Source: Sphyrna mokarran (taxonomy: Eukaryota). Taken from it: a stretch of DNA of 44,488 nt. The notes under the pieces are model-generated. The model saw only the letters and a list, made by a program, of their open reading frames with translations. It was not told the DNA's origin and ran no database searches. Positions 34,700 through 44,488 of this stretch are shown piece after piece (positions within the stretch are counted from its first letter, which is position 1; each line of letters begins with the position of its first letter). A program made the translations under genes and the position numbers. The stretch covers positions 1 through 44,488 of the forward strand of contig JAGIQG010000273.1 in assembly GCA_024679065.1 (NCBI GenBank), read 5' to 3'.

Positions 34700-37582
34700 T
34701 TCGGGGGGGGGGTGGGATCCTAAGTAGTTGGGGTGCTGAGAGGGATGAGAGTAAGGGGGTTATAGAAGAGAGTTGTAAAACACAGCGGCGTACGGGTGGG
34801 GTGGGGCATGGTTTGAAATGCGTATACTTTAATGCAAGGAGTATTCGCAATAAGGGGGAGGAACTTGCAGCTTGGACCAGTACCTGGAACTTCGATGTTG
34901 TGGCCATTTCAGAGACTTGGGTAGAGCAGGGACAGGAATGGATGTTGCAGGTTCCGGGGTACAAATGCTTTAGTCGGAGTAGAGAAGGAGGTAGAAGGGG
35001 GGGAGGAGTGGCGTTATTGGTCAAAGACTGTATCACGGTGATAGAAAAGAAGTTTGATGAGGACTTGTCTGTTGAGGTAGTATGGGCTGAGATTAGAAAC
35101 AGGAGAGGAGAGGTCACCCTGTTGGGAGTCTTTTACAGACCTCCTAATAGTTCTAGAGAGGTTGAGGAAAGGATTGCGAAGTCAATTCTGATTAGGAGTG
35201 AAAGTAGTAGGGTAATTGTGATGGGGGACTTTAACTTTGCTAATATTGATTGGAATAGCTATAGCTCTAGCTCGTTAGAGGGGTCAGTTTTCGTACAGAG
35301 TGTGCAGGAAGGTTTTTTGACTCAGTATGTAGATAGGCCAACTAGAGGTGAGGCTACATTGGATTTGGTGCTGGGCAATGAGCCAGACCAGGTGTTAGGC
35401 TTGGAAGTTAGTGAACATTTTGGTGATAGTGACCACAATTCGGTTACGTTCACCTTAGTGATGGACAGGGATAGGCATGAAGCTGGGGGCTGTAGTTATA
35501 GCTGGGGGAAGGGTAATTATGAGGCCATCAGGAGAGAATTAGGGTGCGTAGATTGGACTAGGGAACTACAGGGACTGGGAACATCTGGAATGTGGTGCTT
35601 ATTCAAGGAGCAGCTGCTGAGAGTCCTTGATAAGTATGTCCCTGTCAGGCAGGGAGGAAATGGTACGAGTAAGAGAGCCTTGGTGTACGAAAAGAGTTGA
35701 TTTGCTGGTTAAGAAGAAAAAGGAGGCTTATGTCAGGATGAGGCTTGAAGGCTCAGGTAGTGCAATGGATAGCTATAGATTAGCTAGGAAGGAGGTAAAA
35801 AGTGAATTGAGGAGAGCTAAGAGGGGACACGAGAAGATGTTGGCTGATAGGATTAAGGAGAATCCTAAAGCTTTCTTTCGATATGTTAAGAATAGAAGAT
35901 TGGTTAGGGCAAGATTAGGGCCAGTCATAGATAGCAGTGGGAAGTTGTGCGTGGAGCCTGAAGAGATTGGCGAGGCACTGAATAAATATTTCTCTTCGGT
36001 ATTCACGCAGAGTGCTGGAAATGTAGCTGTGGAGAGCACTGAGGTACAGGGTTGCAAATTGGGGAGTATTGTAGTAGATAGGGAGGATGTGTTAGAAATT
36101 CTCGAGGGTTTGAAGTTGGATAAGTCCCCTGGGCCGGACGGGATTTACCCTAGGATTCTCTGGGAGGCAAGAGAGGAGATTGCAGAGCCTCTGGCTCTGA
36201 TCTTCAGGTCCTCGTTGGTTACGGGTGTGGTTCCGGAGGACTGGAGGATGGCGAATGTGGTCCCATTGTTTAAGAAGGGGAAGAGAGACCTTCCTGGGAA
36301 TTATAGGCCAGTGAGTCTTACTTCTGTTGTGGGCAAGGTATTGGAGAGAATTATTAGGGATAGGATTTATAGTTATTTAGAGAGAAATGAATTGATTGGG
36401 GATAGTCAGCATGGTTTCGTGAAGGGTAGGTCATGCCTTACTAACCTCATTGAGTTTTTTGAGAAAGTGACCAGAGAGGTGGATGGGGGTAAGGCGGTTG
36501 ATGTAGTATATATGGACTTTAGTAAGGCTTTTGATAAGGTGGCCCATGGAAGACTTCTACAGAAAATGCAGATGTGTGGAATAGAGGGTGATTTAGCTAA
36601 TTGGATTAGAAATTGGCTGGCAGATAGAAGACAGAGGGTGGTGGTTGATGGGAGATATTCATCGTGGAGTTCGGTGACGAGTGGTGTGCCTCAGGGGTCT
36701 GTTTTGGGGCCCCTGCTGTTTGTAATTTTTATAAATGATCTGGATGAGGGTATTGAGGGATGGATCAGTAAATTTGCAGATGATACTAAAGTTGGTGGAG
36801 TGGTAGATAGTGAAGAGGGGTGTTTTAGTTTACAGAGTGACTTGGACAAGTTGCAGAGCTGGGCCGAGAGGTGGCAAATGGAGTTTAATGTGGAAAAGTG
36901 TGAGGTAATGCACTTTGGCAGGAACAATAAATGTGTAGAGTATAGGGCTAATGGTAGGGCTCTTAATAGTGTTGAGGAACAGAAGGATCTTGGTGTATGT
37001 GTCAATAGATCCCTGAAAGTAGGCAGTCAAGTGGATAAAGTTGTTAAGAAGGCATATGGAGTCTTAGCTTTTATTGGTAGGGGGATTGAATTTAGGAGCC
37101 GCAGCATCATGTTGCAACTGTACAAAACTCTAGTGCGGCCGCACTTGGAGTATTGTGTGCAGTTCTGGTGCCCACATTATAAGAAAGATGTGGAGGCATT
37201 GGAGAGGGTACAGAGGAGGTTTACCAGGATGTTGCCTGGTATGGAGGGCAGGTCTTATGAAGAGAGGTTGAAGGATTTGAGGTTGTTTTCGTTAGAAAGG
37301 AGGCGGCTAAGAGGGGATCTTATTGAAACATATAAGATGATTAGAGGTTTAGATAGGGTGGACAGTGATAGCCTTTTTCCTAGGATGGAGAAAGCTAGCA
37401 CGAGGGGACACAGCTTTAAATTAAGGGGTATGAGTTATAGGACGGATATCAGAGGTAGGTTCTTTACTCAAAGAGTGATTAGGGAGTGGAATGCCCTGCC
37501 TGCAGCTGTTGTAGATGCGCCAAGTTTGGTGGCGTTTAAGAGGTTAGTTGATAAGTATATGGATAGGAAGGGAATGGTTTAG
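34690..37582 (+). CDS. CR1 ORF2p: APE endonuclease + reverse transcriptase (one +1 frameshift near 35665)
   Basis: EN motifs NARS, ISETW, GGGV, GDFN, LDLV, SDH (ORF 34801-35700); RT motifs [34 protein letters not shown] (ORF 35627-37582); removing 1 nt near 35665 fuses the two ORFs. Confidence 0.92.
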
Positions 37583-37680
37583 TTAGGAGGGGCATTGCTT
37601 TTTATTTTGGTCGGCACAACATCGAAGGCCGAAGGGCCTGTTCTGTGCTGTATTGTTCTATGTTTCTATGTTCTATGTTC

Positions 37681-38137
37681 TTTGAGTAAAGAACCTACCT
37701 CTGATATCCGTCCTATAACTCATACCCCTTAATTTAAAGCTGTGTCCCCTCGTGCTAGCTTTCTCCATCCTAGGAAAAAGGCTATCACTGTCCACCCTAT
37801 CTAAACCTCTAATCATCTTATATGCTTCAATAAGATCCCCTCTTAGCCGCCTCCTTTCTAACGAAAACAACCTCAAATCCTTCAACCTCTCTTCATAGGA
37901 CCTGCCCTCCATACCAGGCAACCTCCTGGTAAACCTCCTCTGTACCCTCTCCAATGCCTCCACATCTTTCTTATAATGTGGCGACCAGAACTGCACACAA
38001 TACTCCAAGTGCGGCCGCACTAGAGTTTTGTAAAGCTGCAACATGATGCTGCGGCTCCTAAATTCAATCCCCCTACCAATAAAAGCTAAGACTCCATATG
38101 CCTTCTTAACAACTTTATCCACTTGACTGCCTACTTT
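37681..38137 (-). mobile_element. Remainder of the host CR1 family A copy (RT C-terminal region)
   Basis: ORF 37673-38122 nearly identical to the ORF2 C-terminus. Confidence 0.92.
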
Positions 38138-38749
38138 TCAATTACTATAAAGAACCATGAAACATCCTGTGGGCGGGATTGTTTCTATCTGAAGCAGGAC
38201 GCTTACCATCTTACGGAAACAATGACAAATATGCCCAGTTGAAGACCATACAAAGAAAAGAGGCAGTGCTAACTGCTTGCATGTTAGCCCTTCAATGCTT
38301 TTGATCAGCACAACTTTCAATGCATATTTTTTGTTACACAATTGTATAAAATGTAGAGCGCAAATTGGGATCATTCGGCCCATCTGCTCTGTGCTGTTTT
38401 TATTGTCCACCTTTGCCTCATCGTATTTCCTCATCATATCACCTCATCAACTATTCTTCTATTCATTTCTCTCTGCTCCCTCTCTCCAACTCATTCATTA
38501 CATTCCCTTCTGCTATTCATCTCAAATATTTCCTGTCATAGTGTGTTCTACACACTTCCACTTTTTGTTCACTTTGGTTTGCCGGGTTAAAAAAAAAGGT
38601 AAAGTCTACGAACAGGTAAGAAGCGACTCGAGAATAGCTCTTTCTCTGCCGCCATCGGACTTTTGAATGGCCGGACCTTATATTTGTATGATCTTTCTCA
38701 GCAACCTAATTGTGACTGTGGCGTTATGATCTGCACCCTCCCCTTTCAA

Positions 38750-39030
38750 AGAACAAAGAAAAACAAAAAACAAGACAGCACGGAAACAGGCACTTCGGCC
38801 CCACAAGCCCGCGCCGCCATTTTAACATTGTGAGTCCCCTCCTCTACCTATGACCTTTGTCTACGTCTTTTGAACTCCACAATAAAGGAACCATAACCAG
38901 ATTCAAGGAAGAGTAATTTAGGGACAATTTGTTAACACCAATCAATCTAAGAGCAAGTTTTGGGGTATGGGAGGGAACTGGAGCACCCGGAGAAAACCCA
39001 CGCAAGCACAGGGAGAATGTGCAAACTCCT
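38750..39030 (-). mobile_element. HE1-like SINE (partial)
   Basis: Core GGAGCACCCGGAGAAAACCCACGCAAGC and tail. Confidence 0.75.
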
Positions 39031-40539
39031 ACAACTTTCCATCTCCCCATGTACTCTATGTTCGGTATGCTTTGTCACTGTAGCACACAAAAAAAAAACA
39101 ATACTTTTCATTGCATATCAATACATGTAAAAGTATTGAATCAAATCTATGCACATCATGAACGGTATGATTTGTCTGTATAGCGCGTGAAATGATACTT
39201 TTCACTGTGCGCCAAGAATACATATTAACTGTGGCAATAATCGATTGCATCAATTCGAATCAAATCCAATCAAATTCTCCCGAGTGTCTCGAATTTCCTA
39301 TTTAATTTACTAGTGACTAGCTTAAACTGTTGACCCATTCATTAGAAATCCTGCGTCAGCATTTTAAACATTTCTGTATTCGTAATTGTCTCTTTCCTTA
39401 CAATCCTCAGTAGTCATTTGTTTTAGAGAGAAGAGCTCCTGCCTATTCAATGCTGTCAGATAGTTAGGGCCTATCAATTCTGCTGTCAATCTTGTGAAGT
39501 ATTTAGAACACTGTTCCATTGACATCTTTATCATTATCAGATTAAGAGCCTCCGTGCTCTGTTTTCAAACTCTGGTCCACCTGATATGGGTAGGTATTTT
39601 GGAAAATGTGCTCAGTGCGTTGCCACACTTGGGCCTGTAGTAAACAGGAAAACCACAGAGAACTTTCTACATCAGTTTTATTTTCCAAAACCAATTGTGT
39701 ATGTATTAATAAGCACAGAGCACAGCATTCACACTGCATATTTCACACCTCCTTCACAGAGAGGACAAGAGCAATTTCGCAGTGAGATTCGGATTGAGAT
39801 TCACACTCCCACCGATCGGGTCAAGGACAATGCGTTTGTTTGGCGTTTGTGTATTGTTCCATCTCTTCCAGGGTGAGATATCCTTGCCAAATTAAGGTAG
39901 AGTGCATACGGATTTGTATGTTGTAAATATGGAGATACTATTTTAATTGTGGGTCTGTGATCAGAGAGAAGCAGTTTGAAGTAAATCGGGACAAGTAACA
40001 TATTATTGCCAAATGAAACCGTTGTTAAAACGGGAGGTGTAAGCAGATCAAAGAGCAGATTTGGATCAAAAATGTGTCATGAACAAAAATTGCAGAGATA
40101 TGGGGGAAACAAGAAAAGTCGGAGCTAGAACTAATTAGATAAATCTATCAAAGGTGCAGCAGAGTTACTGGTGGCGGAATGGTCTCCAACTGTGCTCTGC
40201 GGTGATGTGATTATGCAGTTTGGCATGCACATTTAATATGAAACAAAACAAATATTAACGAAGGGGAAAATGTTGTGTATTAATCAATAACAATTAATGA
40301 AAATGATATAAAGCGAATCATCAAATGCCTCCAGTAGAGGAATAGGATATTCGATCCATTGAACAATCACCATCAATAATCTCAAATGGGTATATTTATC
40401 CAACTAATCTCGCTGATATTGGGAATAGTTGAGCATGTCCAATCGACATTACCTGCGTATCTTTGGACACGAAAGCGCGATTTTGTTTGGCCAATCCCCC
40501 TAACCCGCACATTTGTGGAAAATAAGGGGTAATTTTGCA

Positions 40540-40780
40540 TGGCAAATGCTCCTATCCTACTCATCCTTGGCCTTTAAAGGGCAATTTAGCATGGCCAACC
40601 CACATCGCCGACATGTTCTGGGACACCAAGACAGGATTTTGCATGGCCAATCCATGCATTTTGCGTATGGGAGGGAACCAGAGCACTCAGAGGAAACCCA
40701 CAAAGACACGGGGAGAACGTTCAAACTCCACGCAGGAAATCGCTCAAGGCCAGAATAAAACACGAGGCTCGGGTTCATTG
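40540..40780 (-). mobile_element. HE1-like SINE (degenerate)
   Basis: GGGCAATTTAGCATGGCCAA..GAGGAAACCCAC core. Confidence 0.7.
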
Positions 40781-41149
40781 TTAAGTGTACCCGGGATTAA
40801 AGCTGTAAATTTTATCCAGTGAAAATATAGGCATCTGTGGAGAAGGGATCTATTCAAGTAGAACGTTCGACTAAATTACCTACTTTGCCCAAAGATAGTG
40901 CATAAGAAGCAAAGAGTATAGATGACAGAATATATTCTCTGAGAAGTGTTGCTTTGTTGAAGTTCTTTAATTTATTACATTCACAAATATCTGGAATTAA
41001 GAATTTACTGATGACCATGAAAACATTCTCAATTGTTAGAAACCTCCCCCCCCCTCCCCCGTGGTTCACTGATGTCCTTAGGCAAAGAAATCTGCCGTCC
41101 TTATCTGATCTGGCCTGCATGTGACATCCGAGCCATTCCATTGTGGTTG

Positions 41150-41965
41150 AGGAGATCTGCTAGATGTGTACAAAATTTTGATGGGAATTGATAGAGTAAA
41201 CAGGCCCAAGCTTTTTCCTAGATGGACTCAAATACCACGAGGGGTCACGGGCTTAGGGTGAGGGGGTAAGGTATAATTTGGATGCTAGAGGGAGTTTTTT
41301 AACACAGAGGGTGGTGGGGTATGGAATACGCTGCCAAGTAAAGTGGTGGAGGCAGGTACTTTGGAGTTATTTAAGAAATATTAGATGGGCACACGAACAG
41401 AATGGGAATGGAGGGGTATAGAAAACTGATTTAAAGTAGGGATCATGAGCCTTGGGAATCCCTGGGAAGTGTGTAAATAGATGATGATATTGGTGTATTT
41501 TATCCTACAGGTGCTTTGGTCCACCTTGTTGTCTAATGAGGGGCATACACGCGATGGGTCGTGAGAGGACTGCTCTTGGATCTTTTTCGAGAGTATCCTA
41601 CTACTTCACGTTGTTAGTGTATGCTTGACCTGGACCATCTGATGGTAACACGACAGCTCAGTGACTATCGCTGTGCTGTGCAGATACATGGATTTGGGCT
41701 TGTGTCTGTGGGAGTTTGCGCATTCTCCCCGTGTTTGCGTGGGTTTTCTCGGGAGCTCCGGCTTCCTCCCACATCCCAAAGATGTGCTCTTAGGCTAATT
41801 GGCAAAACAAATTCTCCCTAAATTGTCTCAAATTTGGTTTTTAATCCATAGATCTGTAAACATGAACAGGAATCGCGAGTAGAGATGGGAATATCGGGGT
41901 TGCGGGGCGGGGTCGTTGGGCCGAAGGGCCTGTTTCCCGTGCTGTTTTGTTCTTTGTTTTTTGTA
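41150..41965 (+). mobile_element. CR1 family C copy with extended chimeric 3' UTR, inserted in a SINE
   Basis: Same composite structure; flanked by the two halves of a SINE (40970-41149 and 41965-42035). Confidence 0.85.
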
Positions 41966-42159
41966 CTCTCCAACGGCAGACAGGGATGGGCAATAAAAGC
42001 TAACCAGCCATCGACGCCCAAGTCCCATGAATAAATAATAATAAAAAAATATATAATTCCCATGTAACCACTCCGGTGTTTCAACGAAACTTGTGGGAGA
42101 ATTGAGTCAGATTCCGCCTTTAGAATGTGACACGAAAACGGTGCAATCATAACACTGCA

Positions 42160-42780
42160 AGACCATAAGACAAAAGAGCAGAATAGAGCAATCGACCCAT
42201 TGAGCCTATTCTACCATTCAATAATGGTTATTTCTTTCTCTCATCCCCATTCTCCTATCTTTTCCCATAAGCCCTAATGCCCTATTAATCAATAATCTAT
42301 TTATCTCTGTCTTAAACGCACTTAATGACATGGTTTCCACAGTCTTCCGTGGCAGAGCTCCACGGATTATCTGGCTAAAGAAATTCCTCCTCATTTCAGT
42401 TTTAAGGGATTGTCCCTTCAGCGTGTGGTTGTGCCCCCTGTTTCTAATTTTTCCTGCTAGTGGAAACACCCTTTCCACATCCACTCTATCCAGGCCTCAC
42501 AGTGTTGTGCAATTTTCAATAAGTTCTCGCCTCATCCTTCTAAACGCCACCCAGTATAGACCTAGAGTCCTCAATCTTTCCTCATACGACAAGCTCTTCA
42601 TTACAGGGATCATTCTTGTGAAACTTTTCTGGATGTCTTCCAAACGAGCACATCTTTCCTTTGATATGGGGCCCCAGACTGCTCGCAATGCTCCAAATGG
42701 GTCTGACGAGAACTTCATGCAGACTCCCAATTACAATCCTGTGCTTGTATTCCAGCCCTCTCGACATGAATGTGAACATT
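42160..42780 (-). mobile_element. Old CR1 3' fragment
   Basis: FTRMIPVMKSLSYEERL, EMRRNFFSQ. Confidence 0.75.
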
Positions 42781-42832
42781 GATTTTTTTTTCTTCCAAAT
42801 TGCCGACGAACCCCTGCACGTGAACTTTAGGA

Positions 42833-44488
42833 GAACATAGAACATAGAACATAGAACAATACAGCACAGAACAGGCCCTTCGGCCTTCGATGTTGTGCCG
42901 ACCAAAATAAAAACCAATGCCCCTCCAAACTAAACCATTCCCTTCTCTTCCATATACTTATCAATTAACCTCTTAAACGCCACCAAACTTGGTGCATCTA
43001 CAACAGCTGCAGGCAGGGCATTCCGCTCCCTAATCACTCTTTGAGTAAAGAACCTACCTCTGATATCCGTCCTATAACTCATACCCCTTAATTTAAAGCT
43101 GTGTCCCCTCGTGCTAGCTTTCTCCATCCTAGGAAAAAGGCTATCACTGTCCAACCTATCTAAACCTCTAATCATCTTATATGCTTCAATAAGATCCTCT
43201 CTTAGCCGCCTCCTTTCTAACGAAAACAACCTCAAATCCTTCAACCTCTCTTCATAGGACCTGCCCTCCATACCAGGCAACAGCCTGGTAAACCTCCTCT
43301 GTACCCTCTCCAATGCCTCCACATCTTTCTTATAATGTGGCGACCAGAACTGCACACAATACTCCAAGTGCGGCCGCACTAGAGTTTTGTACAGCTGCAA
43401 CATGATGCTTCGGCTCCTAAATTCAATCCCCCTACCAATAAAAGCTAAGACTCCATATGCCTTCTTAACAACTTTATCCACTTGACTGCCTACTTTCAGG
43501 GATCTATTGACACATACACCAAGATCCTTCTGTTCTCAACACTATTAAGAGCCCTACCATTAGCCCTATACTCTACACATTTATTGTTCCTGCCAAAGTG
43601 CATTACCTCACACTTTTCCACATTAAACTCCATTTTCCACCTCTCGGCCCAGCTCTGCAACTTGTCCAAGTCACTCTGTAAACTATAACACCCCTCTTCA
43701 CTATCTACCACTCCACCGACTTTAGTGTCATCTGCAAATTTACGGATCCATCCCTCAATACCCTCATCCAGATCATTTATAAAAATTACAAACAGCAGGG
43801 GCCCCAAAACAGACCCCTGAGGCAAACCACTCGTCACCGAACTCCACGATGAATATCTCCCATCAACCACCCCCCTCTGTCTTCTATCTGCCAGCCAATT
43901 CCTAATCCAATTAGCTAAATCACCCTCTATTCCACACATCTGCATTTTCTGTAGAAGTCTTCCATGGGCCACCTTATCAAACGCCTTACTAAGTCCATAT
44001 ATACTACATCAACCGCCTTACCCCCATCCACCTCTCTGGTCACTTTCTCAAAAAACTCAATGAGGTTAGTAAGGCATGACCTACCCTTCACGAAACCATG
44101 CTGACTATCCCCAATCAATTCATTTCTCTCTAAATAACTAAATCCTATCCCTAATAATTCTCTCCAATACCTTGCCCACAACAGAAGTAAGACTCACTGG
44201 CCTATAATTCCCTGGAAGGTCTCTCTTCCCCTTCGTAAACAATGGGACCACATTCGCTATCCTCCAGTCCTCCGGAACCACACCCGTAACCAACGACGAC
44301 CTGAAGATCATAGCCAGAGGCTCTGCAATCTCCTCTCTTGCCTCCCAGAGAATCCTAGGGTAAATCCCGTCCGGCCCATGGGACTTATCCAACTTCAAAC
44401 CCTCGAGAATTTCTAACACATCCTCCCTATCTACTACAATACTTCCCAATTTGCAACCCTGTACCTCAGTGCTCTCCATAGCTACATT
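42833..44488 (-). mobile_element. CR1 family A copy, 3' portion (RT with several frameshifts), runs off the window
   Basis: ORFs 42930-43481, 43496-43972, 43927-44181 and 44138-44479 match ORF2; CATAGAA tail. Confidence 0.95.

Larger units (their letters stand above)
32123..37680 (+). mobile_element. Full-length young CR1-clade LINE (family A) with tandem-monomer 5' UTR, ORF1, ORF2 and (TTCTATG)n tail
   Basis: ORF1 zinc finger/esterase, ORF2 APE + RT, 3' hairpin GGCCGAAGGGCC, TTCTATG repeats; short TSD TCTTTG(A) at 32117-32123 and 37679-37685. Confidence 0.95.

Noticed and set aside
39542-39739. Minus-strand exon/ORF of a neighbouring gene
   Set aside because: There is an acceptor-like signal, but no recognisable domain or partner exons.

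Overview
Vertebrate genomic DNA, almost certainly from a cartilaginous fish (shark), judged from the HE1-like tRNA SINEs and CR1/HER1-type LINEs with (TTCTATG)n tails. Most of the window is retroelement-derived, and two things stand out. (1) A complete 8-exon minus-strand gene (10770->947), reconstructed by hand from GT-AG sites with consistent phases. It encodes a 342-aa non-rearranging, antigen-receptor-like protein: leader, germline-joined VJ domain, C1-set domain, Cys-containing stalk, uncharged TM, and a Tyr-motif cytoplasmic tail (PRARP/VJC1-like architecture). It may also have an IgH-style secreted isoform. (2) A young full-length CR1 LINE (32123-37680) nested in an opposite-strand copy of its own family. 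Its 5' UTR is ~6.8 tandem 220-221-bp monomers, each ending in ETS + TATA positioned ~32 nt before an Inr at the start of the next monomer, and the element begins at that Inr. Its ORF1/ORF2 junction has a correctly phased U-UUA-AAC -1 frameshift heptamer, also present in a second, divergent CR1 here. The window also holds a LINE-flank-SINE chimeric family in three copies and local tandem duplications. No database searches were run; family names come from motif recognition, and repeat boundaries are approximate.
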